DNA of 64,000 nucleotides from Candidatus Marinacidobacterales bacterium (GCA_965224085.1 CBDCYI010000011.1:960001-1024000); one strand, 5' to 3'; numbered from the stretch's first letter, positions 39,971 through 50,160 are shown. Notes: generated from the sequence alone by a model not told the origin. A program made the numbers and translations.

Positions 39971-40768
39971 ATGATGACGAAGTGGCTATGGCTTCCGGCT
40001 GCTTTCGGTCTCGTGCTCTGCGCCGCCTGCACTTTGGACGACCCGAACCCGCCGGAGCTCGCCGGGCCCTCCGAGCTCGGTTTGGCCATCGAGCTGCGGG
40101 CCGTTCCGGACCAGTTCGTCTCGGACGGCTTCTCGAGCTCGATTATCGAGGCTGTCGTCCGTGACGCAAACGCTCAGCGCGCGCAAGGCCGAACGATCAG
40201 TTTCGACATCACGCGAGGCGGCGATTTTCTCGATCTGGGAAACCTCGCGCCCGTCAACGGCGCCAGACCTGCCGCGGGCGGTGTGGAATCCGGTGCAACT
40301 TCCGCCGTAAGCGACGCCAATGGCGTTGCACGTGTCCGCTACTGGGCACCCTTCCGGACCGACCAAGCCAACGATGTCATTGTGAGCATCACGGGACGGG
40401 AGGCGTCGGTCAACTTCAGCAATCAATCTCACCGAACGGTGCAGATCTTTTTGCGCGCAGCGAACCGGCCGAGCTTCTCGGGCAGCAGCGTTTGCGGCTT
40501 CATCCGCGAGCCCAACAAGCCTTCGTACAACAGAAACGAATCTATCGCGCTTACTGCCAGCCAGCGAATCGGCGACACGGACACCGATGGCTGTGTCGGC
40601 AACGAAATCGCGCGCTATGAGTGGGACATCGATGGTGAGTTCTACGACGCCACGCGCGATGTCGTCGTATCGTTCTCTAAGGCCGGTGACTACGTTATTA
40701 CGCTTGTCACGACCGAAGCCGTCACCGGTTGCTAGGATTCGTGCCCGCAGACGATTACTGTAAACTGA
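39971..40768 (+). CDS. Ig-like/PKD domain lipoprotein; in-frame TAG at 40733 precedes the last strand
   Basis: Lipobox-like CAAC, Ig-like SDANGVARV and PKD-like IARYEWD..GDYVITLV; the frame continues DSCPQTITVN after the TAG. Confidence 0.7.
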
Positions 40769-40787
40769 GAGGGTAAAGTAGAACCCG

Positions 40788-40817
40788 GGGCGGAGCTTAG
40801 GCGCTCCGCCCTTTCGT
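40788..40817 (+). terminator. Putative intrinsic terminator after the pilM-Q operon
   Basis: GGGCGGAGC-ttaggc-GCTCCGCCC followed by TTTCGT. Confidence 0.6.
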
Positions 40818-40834
40818 CTCACCCCGTTAGTTGA

Positions 40835-42352
40835 ATGAGCCGTATCGAAGAGTTCGAAAAACGACTCCAAGCGGACCCGAACTCCCGGATGTTCGTTCAG
40901 CTCGCCGAGGAGTACCGCAAGGAGGGTCTTCTCGAGAACGCGGTCGAGATCTGCGAGGAGGGGCTGAAGAAGCACCCGCAATACCCCTCCGCTCGGGTAG
41001 CGCTCGGCCGCGCTCTACTCGAGTCTGAAAGCTTCGATCGGGCGGCCGAAGAGTTCGAGACCGTTCTTGCGCAGGTTCCCGACAATATCCTAGCCAACAA
41101 GTTTCTCGGCGAGACCTATCACCGAATGGGACGCTTGGACGAGGCGCTTCAAAAATATCAAATCGCCCAAACTCTAGCGCCCGAGGACACGGAGCTCGAG
41201 GGGAAGATCCAGGCGGCGCGAGACGAAAGCGCCGGCGGCGCGCCCGCCCCTCTTGCGCCGGAGACCCCGCCACCCCAGTTCCAAACACCCTCTTCGGCGG
41301 GCTCGCTGCCCGAGCCACCGGCGATGCCTTCGATGCCTCAAATGCCTCAAATGCCTCAAATGCCTCCAATGCCTCCAGTGCCTCCAGTGCCTCCAGTGCC
41401 TCCAGAGGAAGAAGCCCTCGATTCCACGTTCGCGGATCCTGCCGGGGCATCGGGCCTACCTAGCCTGGAAGCGCCCGTGCCCGAACGGCCTGCGGAAACG
41501 TTCTTTGAAGGGGAGCTCCCGCCTGTGGCGCCCGAGGACCGCGCACCGGAACCTGAACCGGAGCCCGAACTGGCGCCGATCCCACTCGTGGACGTGACCG
41601 AGCCGATGGTTCTGGAAGGGCCAGCCTATGCGGCGGCGGACACGGCCCTCGAACGCCCTGAAAGCGAAACCGTCTCGACTCCCGCGCCTGAACCTTTGGA
41701 GGCCACTCCCGACGGGGAGGAGGTTTTCGAGTTAGCTGGGGACGAGCCGGAGTCTCCGCCGCCCGAACCGGCACGCGTTCAAGAACCGTTCCTGGCAGCC
41801 CCAGAGCCGCCATCCCCGCCGCTAGAGCCGGCGCCCGCAATGGATGCAGACGAGCTCGGCGCACCGCTTCCGCAAGAACCGTTCCTGGCAGCCCCAGAGC
41901 CGCCATCCCCGCCGTTAGAGCCGGCGCCCGCAATGGGGTCTGCAGACGAGCTCGGCGCACCGCTTCCGCAAGAACCGTTCCTCGCAGCCCCAGAGCCGCC
42001 ATCCCCGCCGCTCGAGCCGGGGCCCGCAGTGGGGTCTGCAGACGAGGTCGGGACACCGCTTCCGATAATGGACGAGATCGAAACGCCGACGATGGCTGAG
42101 CTTTATGCTTCGCAGGGTCACTTCGATCGTGCGGTCGCGGTCTATAGAAACCTTCTCGTTCGCAGCCCAAACGAGACACCATATCGGGAACGGATCGAAG
42201 AACTGGAAATGCTGGCGAGTGCAGCGGCCCTTCCGAAAGCGCGTGCACCTCACTCAGAGTCTCGAGATGGCCTCTCGGCTGAAGCCCGGCAAAATACGAT
42301 CGAAATCCTGGATGAGTGGCTCGATGCCATTCGGAGGTCAAGGGAGGCGTGA
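40835..42352 (+). CDS. Cytoplasmic TPR protein with long Pro/Glu-rich linker and C-terminal TPR
   Basis: DPNSRMFVQLAEEYRKEG TPRs; C-terminal TPTMAELYASQGH..AVYRNLL. Confidence 0.85.
   Translation: MSRIEEFEKRLQADPNSRMFVQLAEEYRKEGLLENAVEICEEGLKKHPQYPSARVALGRALLESESFDRAAEEFETVLAQVPDNILANKFLGETYHRMGRLDEALQKYQIAQTLAPEDTELEGKIQAARDESAGGAPAPLAPETPPPQFQTPSSAGSLPEPPAMPSMPQMPQMPQMPPMPPVPPVPPVPPEEEALDSTFADPAGASGLPSLEAPVPERPAETFFEGELPPVAPEDRAPEPEPEPELAPIPLVDVTEPMVLEGPAYAAADTALERPESETVSTPAPEPLEATPDGEEVFELAGDEPESPPPEPARVQEPFLAAPEPPSPPLEPAPAMDADELGAPLPQEPFLAAPEPPSPPLEPAPAMGSADELGAPLPQEPFLAAPEPPSPPLEPGPAVGSADEVGTPLPIMDEIETPTMAELYASQGHFDRAVAVYRNLLVRSPNETPYRERIEELEMLASAAALPKARAPHSESRDGLSAEARQNTIEILDEWLDAIRRSREA
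41323..41405 (+). repeat. 9-bp coding tandem repeat (MPQ/MPP/VPP)
   Basis: About 9 units related to aatgcctc[ac]. Confidence 0.9.
41780..42064 (+). repeat. 93-96 bp coding tandem repeat x3
   Basis: Units at 41780, 41873 and 41969 encode QEPFLAAPEPPSPPLEP... Confidence 0.9.
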
Positions 42353-42724
42353 TTGGTTTTCGCTGAAGTCCTGAACGACGTCACCTCGAAAATTGAAGGT
42401 TGTATCGGTATCGTCGACATGGGTATGGATGGAATTCCAATCGAGCGGTACCAACCGCCGAAAGCCATCGAAGGCGCGCCGAATTTCGACATGTTGGCGA
42501 CCGAATGCACGAGCCTGCTGCGAACGACCCGCCAAGCCTCTCAGGAAGTCAGTGCGGGTGGGCTGCGGGAGCTCATCTTTATGACCGAAAAAGTCGTCGT
42601 CCTTACCGTTGCGATCACCGAGGACTATGTTCTCTTCGCGGCCGTAGAAAGCGGCACCAACTACGGTAAGGCCCGGTTCCATATGAAGAGGGCCGCGATG
42701 ACCTTAGAAAAAGAATTTCTTTAG
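42353..42724 (+). CDS. Roadblock/LC7 domain protein (MglB/MglC-like)
   Basis: MGMDGIPIE..GGLRELI..NYGKARF pattern; 123 aa. Confidence 0.85.
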   Translation: MVFAEVLNDVTSKIEGCIGIVDMGMDGIPIERYQPPKAIEGAPNFDMLATECTSLLRTTRQASQEVSAGGLRELIFMTEKVVVLTVAITEDYVLFAAVESGTNYGKARFHMKRAAMTLEKEFL

Positions 42725-42816
42725 CCAGAGCATTCGGCATTCAGCGTCTATCCTCAGTGGTCGCTTCCAGCTTCATGTGCTACATTCCTGGTTCTTGACT
42801 TAGGGAGACCACTGTA

Positions 42817-43260
42817 TTGAATCTCAATCTCTCAGAATTGAAAGAGCTTTTTGAGCTCATTGCGGAACGGGACATCACGGAGTTCGAGCTCGAAGAAGAA
42901 GGCGTGAGGCTTCGCATCATAAAAGGCGGAAGCCAGGCCCTCGCATTCGCGGGCGCTACTAGCGCAGCCGAGGCCGCTTCGACGCCCGCCGCTCCTCCGG
43001 CTGACGCAGCCGAAGAAGGCCTTTCGCTCGTGACCGCGCCGATGGTCGGGACGTTCTACTTGCAGCCCGAGCCTGGCGCCGAGCCCTTTGCCCGCAAAGG
43101 CGATCGTGTAGCCAAACGGCAAATACTCTGCATCATCGAAGCGATGAAGCTCATGAACGAGATCGAATCCGAGCTCTCGGGAGAGCTCGCCGAGATCTAC
43201 GTCGACAACGGCCAGCCCGTGCAATACGGGGACAAGCTGTTCGCGATCAGGGAGTCGTAG
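42817..43260 (+). CDS. accB: Biotin carboxyl carrier protein
   Basis: [17 protein letters not shown]. Confidence 0.97.
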   Translation: MNLNLSELKELFELIAERDITEFELEEEGVRLRIIKGGSQALAFAGATSAAEAASTPAAPPADAAEEGLSLVTAPMVGTFYLQPEPGAEPFARKGDRVAKRQILCIIEAMKLMNEIESELSGELAEIYVDNGQPVQYGDKLFAIRES

Positions 43261-43295
43261 CGCCGAGCTCCGACGGACGACGCGTCCGCGCCGCC

Positions 43296-44630
43296 ATGTT
43301 CAAGAAGGTTCTCATCGCCAATCGTGGAGAGATTGCGCTCCGCATCATCTCCGCGTGCCAAGAACTGGGCATCCCCACGGTGTCGGTCTACTCTGAGGCC
43401 GATGCTCACGCGCTTCACGTACGTTTCGCCGACGAGGCGGTCTGTATCGGTCCCGCCAATAGCGCAGAGAGCTATCTCAACGTTCCGCGCGTGCTTTCCG
43501 CAGCCGAAATCACGGGGGCCGACGCCGTTCATCCTGGCTACGGGTTTCTCGCCGAGAACGCGCATTTCGCGGAGGTCGCGGAAGCTTGTCGTGTGCGTTT
43601 CATCGGACCATCGCCGCATGCCATCCGTTTGATGGGGGACAAAGCGCTCGCCCGCGCCACCATGACGAAAGCCAAAGTGCCCGTGCTGCCCGGGTCGACG
43701 GGCGCTCTCGAAGGCGTCGACGACGCCGTCAAGACTGCGCAGAAAATAGGGTTTCCGGTAATGCTGAAAGCGGCTTCGGGTGGGGGCGGCAAGGGCATGC
43801 GCGTCGTCGGGAACGAAACCGATATCGGGAAAGCTTTTCTAGCGGCTCAAAAAGAAGCGGATGCAGCCTTTGGCGCGAACGAGATCTATGTCGAGAAGTT
43901 CTTGCCGAGCCCGCGTCACATCGAAATTCAACTCATGGCCGACAAGCACGGCACGACGGTGCATCTCGGCGAGCGCGAGTGCTCTATTCAGAGACGTCAT
44001 CAGAAGCTTCTCGAAGAGGCGCCGTCGGCCGCGGTCTCGCCACGGCTTCGGGAAAAGATGGGTCGTGTCGCCGTTTCTGCCGCGGCGGCTGTGGGCTACC
44101 ACGGTGCGGGAACAGTGGAATTCCTGCTGGACGAGGACGACCGCTTCTATTTCATGGAGATGAACACGCGTATCCAAGTCGAGCATGCCGTCACCGAGAT
44201 GGTGACCGGGATGGATTTGGTTAAGGATCAGATCCGGGTCGCGGCCGGCGAAGAGCTCGGTTATCTCCAAAAAAGCATCAACGCCCGGGGGGCGAGCATC
44301 GAGTGTCGGATTAACGCCGAGGATCCGGTCACGTTCATGCCGTCTCCGGGCACGATCCACGCCTTTCACTTCCCGGGCGGTCCCGGCGCGCGGGTCGACA
44401 CGGCCGCACACGCCGAGTGCGAGGTGCAGCCCTACTACGATTCGCTTATCGCCAAGCTCGTGGTGCAGGGGCGCGACCGTCAGGAAGCGATCGAGCGGAT
44501 GAAGCGCTGTCTTCATTTGACGGTCATCGAAGGCGTCAAGACGACGATCCCGCTCCACCTGCGGATCCTCGATGATCCCGACTTTAGGGCGGGCCGGTAT
44601 AACACCCGTTTTCTCGAGCGTTTTGCGTAG
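43296..44630 (+). CDS. accC: Biotin carboxylase
   Basis: [35 protein letters not shown]. Confidence 0.97.
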   Translation: MFKKVLIANRGEIALRIISACQELGIPTVSVYSEADAHALHVRFADEAVCIGPANSAESYLNVPRVLSAAEITGADAVHPGYGFLAENAHFAEVAEACRVRFIGPSPHAIRLMGDKALARATMTKAKVPVLPGSTGALEGVDDAVKTAQKIGFPVMLKAASGGGGKGMRVVGNETDIGKAFLAAQKEADAAFGANEIYVEKFLPSPRHIEIQLMADKHGTTVHLGERECSIQRRHQKLLEEAPSAAVSPRLREKMGRVAVSAAAAVGYHGAGTVEFLLDEDDRFYFMEMNTRIQVEHAVTEMVTGMDLVKDQIRVAAGEELGYLQKSINARGASIECRINAEDPVTFMPSPGTIHAFHFPGGPGARVDTAAHAECEVQPYYDSLIAKLVVQGRDRQEAIERMKRCLHLTVIEGVKTTIPLHLRILDDPDFRAGRYNTRFLERFA

Positions 44631-44634
44631 CCAG

Positions 44635-45279
44635 GTGCGGTTCTCGCCCCTTTACCCAATCTTGGATGCGGGGCCATCTGGATTTGAAACGACGACTTGG
44701 TTTTGCGACGCGATTGGCTCGCTTGGGAAGGCTGGGTGCCGCCTCGTCCAACTTCGAGCGAAAGAATTACGCACTGGGGAGCTTTTGGCCTGGGCGAAAG
44801 CGGGCGTTGCCGCCGCCCGGCGCCACGGCGTGGCCCTGATCGTGAACGATCGTGCCGACGTCGCCCTGTTATCAGGGGCTTCAGGCGTGCATATCGGCCA
44901 AGACGATATTTCTGTTTCGGCAGTCCGCCGCGTCCTTGGAAACGAGGCGATCGTTGGGCTGTCGACGCACTCGCTCGAACAAGCGAAAGACGCGGATGCG
45001 AAGGCCGTGGACTACGTGGCGATTGGCCCGGTTTTCGCGACGAAGACGAAGTCGGGTGCTGTGACGCCTCTCGGCCTTTCGGCTGTGTGCAAAGTGCGTC
45101 GCGCGGTCCAAAAGCCGCTGGTTGCCGTCGGCGGTATAACCATCGAGCGAGCCCGCGAGCTCCTCGAGGTCGGCGTCGACGGGGTTGCGGTGATCTCGGG
45201 TTTGAAGAACAGTGACATAAGCCTCGAAGAGCAGGCGCGGCGCTGGCTCTCGATCAAGCAAGGCGAGGAGGGTTCGTGA
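44635..45279 (+). CDS. thiE: Thiamine phosphate synthase
   Basis: VQLRAK, IVNDRAD, GVHIGQDD, GLSTH, GPVFATKTK, AVGGI. Confidence 0.93.
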   Translation: MRFSPLYPILDAGPSGFETTTWFCDAIGSLGKAGCRLVQLRAKELRTGELLAWAKAGVAAARRHGVALIVNDRADVALLSGASGVHIGQDDISVSAVRRVLGNEAIVGLSTHSLEQAKDADAKAVDYVAIGPVFATKTKSGAVTPLGLSAVCKVRRAVQKPLVAVGGITIERARELLEVGVDGVAVISGLKNSDISLEEQARRWLSIKQGEEGS

Positions 45280-46193
45280 CGGCTAGTTTGTTGGATGGAA
45301 AACGGGTAGCCCAAGAGATCCGCGACGAGGTCAAAGTGGGCGCCAAGCCGCTGGTCGAAAAGGGTATCACTCCGTGTTTGGCGGCGGTGCTCGTCGGCGC
45401 CAATCCGGCATCAGAGCTCTACGTGAACCGCAAGACGAAAGCGTGCCGAGAAGCCGGGCTTTTCTCGGAGGCCGTGCTACTGCCGACGCAGACGACGCGC
45501 GAGGAGCTCGCCAGCAAGCTGAATGAGTTCAACGAGCGCGATGATATCGACGGGATCTTGTTGCAGCTTCCATTGCCAGACCATCTGGACGCGACGGAGT
45601 TTCTCGATCGTATCCATCCTTCGAAGGATGTTGATGGGTTTCATCCCGAGAACGTTGGCAAGCTCGTCCAGAAACGTCCCGGCCCGCAGCCGTGCACGCC
45701 GGCGGGTGTGATGGAGCTTCTGCGCCGGGAGAACATCGAATTGTCGGGTAAACGCGCCGTCATCGTCGGCAGGAGCGAGATCGTGGGAAAGCCGATGGCG
45801 ATATTGATGACCCACGCGAACGCGACCGTTACCGTGTGCCATTCCCGGACGAAGGACCTTCCCAGTGTCACGCGCGAGGGAGAGATCCTCGTTGCGGCGA
45901 TGGGGCGTCCCGCGATCATTCGCAAGGAGTTCATCCGGCCCGGCGCCATCGTCATCGACGTAGGTATGAACCGCGCCGAGACAGCGGAGCAGGTCAAAGA
46001 CTTTTTCGGCGACGACGAAAAACGGATGGCCACGTTCGAGAAAAGAGGCTCGACCCTCGTGGGCGACGTCCATCCGAGAGATGCGATGGAAGTCGCCTCT
46101 GCCATTACGCCCGTCCCTGGGGGCGTAGGCCCTTTGACGATCGCCATGTTGCTCGCCAACACACTCGTGCTCTGCAAGGCGCGCCGCGAGTGA
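45276..46193 (+). CDS. folD: Methylenetetrahydrofolate dehydrogenase/cyclohydrolase
   Basis: KDVDGFHP, PCTPAG, GRSEIVGKP, TPVPGGVGP. Confidence 0.97.
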   Translation: MTASLLDGKRVAQEIRDEVKVGAKPLVEKGITPCLAAVLVGANPASELYVNRKTKACREAGLFSEAVLLPTQTTREELASKLNEFNERDDIDGILLQLPLPDHLDATEFLDRIHPSKDVDGFHPENVGKLVQKRPGPQPCTPAGVMELLRRENIELSGKRAVIVGRSEIVGKPMAILMTHANATVTVCHSRTKDLPSVTREGEILVAAMGRPAIIRKEFIRPGAIVIDVGMNRAETAEQVKDFFGDDEKRMATFEKRGSTLVGDVHPRDAMEVASAITPVPGGVGPLTIAMLLANTLVLCKARRE

Positions 46194-46215
46194 GAACGTC
46201 GAGAACGTCGAGACC

Positions 46216-46839
46216 ATGCTCGCAATCGGGCTGACGGGCGGGATAGCGAGCGGCAAATCCGTCGTTCGCCACCGCCTAGAAGAACGTGGCGTCGAAACAC
46301 TTGACGCCGACCGAGTCGTCCACGATCTCTTCGTTGCCGGAACCGAGGTCACCGAATCCCTCAAAGGTCGCTTCGGCCGCGACATCGTGACACCAAGCGG
46401 ATCGATCGACCGCAAAACCCTGGGCGCCATCGTCTTCAAAGACGAAAAAGCCCGAAAAGATCTCGAAGCCCTCATCCACCCACCCGTCCAAAAAGCAATC
46501 GAAGCGTTCCTGAAGGAGTCGAGAACGAAGGGCGAGGCCCTAGCTGTCGTCGACGCCGCCCTGATGTACGAAACCGGCTCCTACATACGCTACGACGTAA
46601 TCGTCGTCGCCCACTGCTCGAGCGCCGTGCAAAAAGAAAGGCTCATGCAACGAGACCACCTGAGCTCCGAGGAAGCCGATAAAAGAATCGCCGCCCAGCT
46701 GCCAATCGAAGAGAAAAAGCGGCGAGCGGACTACGTCATCGACACAAGCGCCACAATGGCCGAGACGTTGAAACGAACCGACGAGGTCCTCAAGCATCTC
46801 CTGGCGAAAACCAGGTCACCAGGTGCCGGTAGCCGGTAG
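46216..46839 (+). CDS. coaE: Dephospho-CoA kinase
   Basis: GLTGGIASGKS, DAD, IDRKTLG, LIHP. Confidence 0.95.
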   Translation: MLAIGLTGGIASGKSVVRHRLEERGVETLDADRVVHDLFVAGTEVTESLKGRFGRDIVTPSGSIDRKTLGAIVFKDEKARKDLEALIHPPVQKAIEAFLKESRTKGEALAVVDAALMYETGSYIRYDVIVVAHCSSAVQKERLMQRDHLSSEEADKRIAAQLPIEEKKRRADYVIDTSATMAETLKRTDEVLKHLLAKTRSPGAGSR

Positions 46840-46879
46840 CAAACACCGAATCACGGTTCAACGTTAATTCCACCCGTCC

Positions 46880-47103
46880 TCATCTCGTCCGTTATGCTTC
46901 CTGAACTCACCGCCAGATATCCTCGGGCCCAGAAGTGCCGGCCCCAAAACTTCTTCCTCTTCGGGAGCTTATTCCTTTTAGCCACTGCACGGTACTCAAG
47001 GCCTGGAGGAACAGGACGTGGTCGCGTGCAACCTTACCCGAGATTATCATGTTCCATCCGATTCCTGACAGTGCGGACACCGCCAGCAGCGACCACAATA
47101 CCA
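46880..47103 (-). mobile_element. Fragmented copy of the IS200 element interleaved with duplicated lapB 3' sequence
   Basis: Blocks are identical to the reverse complement of parts of 33261-33642 and keep collinear order with gaps. Confidence 0.8.
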
Positions 47104-47110
47104 ATCCGGT

Positions 47111-48289
47111 TCAACTAATTCCACCCGCTCTTCCACGAACGTATTCCATTCCTGACAGTGCGGACACCGCCAGAGGATCCCGTTCGCGATAGTTGCACTT
47201 GATGCACACGTAGGGATCGAGAAAGTAGGCGGAACGTGAGACCTCTTCTAGATAGCTCGATATCCGATCCCGACGCTCGCTGCCTTCCGCGATCGACTTC
47301 CACACTTCCAGGTGGACGGCGAGCGCATGCGGATTGGCTCGGACGGCTTGAAGCCTGAGCTTGAAGGCTTCGTCGTGCGCACCGACTGCGCCTCGGAGCC
47401 GCGCGAGCGCCAGATGTGCGTGCGAGTCTTTGTCGTCGCGATCGATCACGCGCTGATAGAGCTCTTCCATGTTGCCCGAACGGTTGAGCTTTTCCCGGAC
47501 GCGCTCGAGCCGGTCGAAGACGAGATAGGCGAAGCGTGGATATGCGGTTGCGAAGGAGAGCCAGCGGGCCTCGGCTTGTTCGAGCTGCCCCTGTTCTTCG
47601 AGCATGTCGCCGTAATGGAGGTAAGGAGGAGGGAGTCGGGGTTCGGCTCGAATGGCCTCCTCGAAGCTGCGCGCGGCGCGCGAGCCGGCTTCACTCTGCC
47701 ACGCGGCTTGGCCGATCTGGTCAAGAAGAAACGCCCGGAGGGTGGAATCGGATTCGCCGGTTGCCCGGCTGAGCTTCTCCTCCATGCTCAACGCTCGTTC
47801 CCAGTCGTGCTCCTCTTCGTGGATTTTGGTGAGGTTCCGGAGAGCGTAAGCGTTTCTCGGTTCGAGCTCGACGACCTTCTGGAAAGTATCCATCGCTCGA
47901 TTGCGGAAGCCGGCTTTCTTGAAATCCATGCCGAGGCACAAAAGCGCATATGCCCTCTCGCTCGCCGAGATGCCCGGCCGATGCAGAATGCTCTGGTGGA
48001 TTTGAATGGCTCGCTCGATCTGACCTTTCTCGCGGAGCAGATTCCCTAGAATGAGATAAATCTCGATCGCGTCGGTGTTCTCCCGGGCGGCGTGGGTGAG
48101 CTCGGAAACAGCCTGATCGATTTGGCGCGATGCGAGAAAGTCGAGACCCAAAATATAGTGAATCGAAGCTAGTCCGCTCCGCCGTCGGGCTCGGTGCACG
48201 AAGAGTCGTCCAGGCCAGAAACGTCCGATCGCGATGCCAGCGGCGAGCGCCACGAGGATGACGAGGAGGGGCTGCTCCCCGACATTCAT
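47111..48289 (-). CDS. lapB: LPS assembly protein B (TPR plus rubredoxin), frameshift near 47185
   Basis: TM, YILGLDFL, LGNLLREKG..AIQIHQ, CIKC, then LWRCPHCQEW in a shifted frame. Confidence 0.88.
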   Translation of the reverse strand: MNVGEQPLLVILVALAAGIAIGRFWPGRLFVHRARRRSGLASIHYILGLDFLASRQIDQAVSELTHAARENTDAIEIYLILGNLLREKGQIERAIQIHQSILHRPGISASERAYALLCLGMDFKKAGFRNRAMDTFQKVVELEPRNAYALRNLTKIHEEEHDWERALSMEEKLSRATGESDSTLRAFLLDQIGQAAWQSEAGSRAARSFEEAIRAEPRLPPPYLHYGDMLEEQGQLEQAEARWLSFATAYPRFAYLVFDRLERVREKLNRSGNMEELYQRVIDRDDKDSHAHLALARLRGAVGAHDEAFKLRLQAVRANPHALAVHLEVWKSIAEGSERRDRISSYLEEVSRSAYFLDPYVCIKCNYRERDPLAVSALSGMEYVRGRAGGIS

Positions 48290-48660
48290 CAGGGACCGTC
48301 CGTGCTTCCGGGCTCGAGGCTATCAGGTAGTGGCCTCGATAGGTCAACGTCCGACAAAGGAAGCTTCCGAAGCTCCGCGATCTCGCTTTCGAGTCTTTCT
48401 ATCTTCTTGCGATGATCGCGTACGCGTCCACGAAGGCGAAACTGATTGGGAAGGGACAAGATGAACGAGAAAAGAAAACCGATGGTCAGAGCGCCGACCA
48501 GTGCCGCGGACAGAGGGAGCTCAAAAGTTCGGAGATGGGGGGTGAAATAGATGACGACCCCCTGATCGAAGTTAGACCAGATGAACACGGCGAGCGCGGC
48601 ACCAGTGAAGAGCAATGCAAAGACGACGACATAGACGACGATGGTTCGCATGATGCCCAT
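48289..48660 (-). CDS. lapA: LapA family membrane protein
   Basis: Two TM helices and a coiled-coil tail, directly upstream of lapB. Confidence 0.75.
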   Translation of the reverse strand: MGIMRTIVVYVVVFALLFTGAALAVFIWSNFDQGVVIYFTPHLRTFELPLSAALVGALTIGFLFSFILSLPNQFRLRGRVRDHRKKIERLESEIAELRKLPLSDVDLSRPLPDSLEPGSTDGP

Positions 48661-48663
48661 GGT

Positions 48664-49194
48664 CTACCTCAAGTAACTCCGAATGAGCTCTTCGAGCCGC
48701 TCTTGGCTCATGAGGATGAGCTCGACGAGCTCGCGCACGGCGCCATGACCACCGCGAGCTTGCGTCACATAGTCTACACGGGATCGGATCTCGAGGGGCG
48801 CGTCCGCCACCGTGGCGGCCAGGCCTACCCGGGAGAGCACAACGAGGTCCGGGAGGTCGTCGCCCATAAAGGCGACGTCCTCGAGCGAGAACGATTCCTG
48901 GCTCAACGCTTCGTGGAGCGCTTCGAGCTTGTCCGAAACGCCAAGCCGCACGAACGGCATCGAAAGCTCATGCGCGCGTGCTTCGACGATGGACGAGGAG
49001 CGGCCCGAGATAAGGCCGAGCTTGATCCCGGCTTTTTTGGCTAGAACGAGCCCGATGCCGTCGCGGGAGTGGAAGCGTTTCGACTCGCTCGCTCCGTCGG
49101 GGACGAAAGTCCCATCCGTGAGGACGCCGTCGACGTCGAGAAGGAGCATCTTGACGCTACGAGCCTTCTCACGAACGGCATCATCCATGACCAC
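48664..49194 (-). CDS. kdsC: KDO 8-phosphate phosphatase
   Basis: DVDGVLTDG, ISGR, MGDDLPD, GGHGAVRE. Confidence 0.93.
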   Translation of the reverse strand: MVMDDAVREKARSVKMLLLDVDGVLTDGTFVPDGASESKRFHSRDGIGLVLAKKAGIKLGLISGRSSSIVEARAHELSMPFVRLGVSDKLEALHEALSQESFSLEDVAFMGDDLPDLVVLSRVGLAATVADAPLEIRSRVDYVTQARGGHGAVRELVELILMSQERLEELIRSYLR

Positions 49195-49200
49195 CGCCGG

Positions 49201-50160
49201 TCAAAAATAACGCCCCATTCGCCAAAGATCGTGCAGGTGTAAGGCGCCGATGAGCTTCCCGTTCTCGTCGGGTACCAGGATGACGGTGATCTTTTTCTGC
49301 TCCATCAACGCGAGGGCGGCCGTGGCGGCTTCATGCGGATCGACGGTGACGGGAGATCCAGTCATGCAGTGAGAGGCGCGTTTGTCGACGAGCCGGTCGT
49401 CCTTTTCGAGCTGGCGCCTCAAATCGCCGTCGGAGATGACGCCGAGAAGCTGGCCGTCGCCATCGACGACACTCGTGATGCCGAGCCCTTTGCGAGACAT
49501 TTCGTAGATGACTTCTCGCATCGGCGTTTCGGCTCGTACCCGCGGGACTTCGTCCCCCGAATGCATGACATCGGCGACGCGAAGAAGCTTGACTCCGAGC
49601 TGACCTCGTGGATGGAGCTCTCTGAAGTCGTTCTCGGTGAAGCCTTTGCGCTCGAGGACCGCCATCGCGAGCGCGTCGCCAAGCGCGAGCGATGCGGTCG
49701 TGCTCGCGGTGGGCGCGAGTCGCAGGGGGCAGGCCTCTTCCGCGACGGAGACGTCGAGCACGACATCTGCAACCTCGGCGAGGGGCGATGCCGTATCACC
49801 GAGAAACGCGATGAGCGGCGTCCTTAGCCGCTTGATGGGCTCGACGAGATGGAGCAGCTCCCGCGTTTTTCCGCTATTCGAGACCGCTAGGACGACGTCT
49901 CCGGAAACCACCATCCCGAGGTCGCCGTGGACCGCCTCGGCGGGATTCAAATAGAGTGACGGGGTTCCGGTGCTGTTGAGTGTCGCCGCGATCTTGCGGC
50001 AGACAATTCCGGATTTACCCATGCCGGTGACGACGACGCGGCCTCCGCAGTCATGAACGAGAGCGACCGCCTCGTCGAAGCGCTCGTCGAGCCGCTCGCT
50101 CAAAGCGCGGATGGCGTCGGCCTCCACTTGCAGGACGCGTCGCGCTAGAGAAAGGGTCAC
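49201..50160 (-). CDS. kdsD: Arabinose 5-phosphate isomerase (SIS-CBS)
   Basis: GMGKSG, HGDLG, EACP..APTAST, two CBS domains. Confidence 0.93.
   Translation of the reverse strand: MTLSLARRVLQVEADAIRALSERLDERFDEAVALVHDCGGRVVVTGMGKSGIVCRKIAATLNSTGTPSLYLNPAEAVHGDLGMVVSGDVVLAVSNSGKTRELLHLVEPIKRLRTPLIAFLGDTASPLAEVADVVLDVSVAEEACPLRLAPTASTTASLALGDALAMAVLERKGFTENDFRELHPRGQLGVKLLRVADVMHSGDEVPRVRAETPMREVIYEMSRKGLGITSVVDGDGQLLGVISDGDLRRQLEKDDRLVDKRASHCMTGSPVTVDPHEAATAALALMEQKKITVILVPDENGKLIGALHLHDLWRMGRYF

Noticed and set aside
40733-40735. In-frame TAG as pyrrolysine recoding
   Set aside because: No pyl genes or methyltransferase context; TAG is a normal stop elsewhere in the window; a point error is simpler.
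41323-42064. Repeat arrays considered as CRISPR
   Set aside because: They are in-frame coding tandem repeats without unique spacers, and no cas genes are present.
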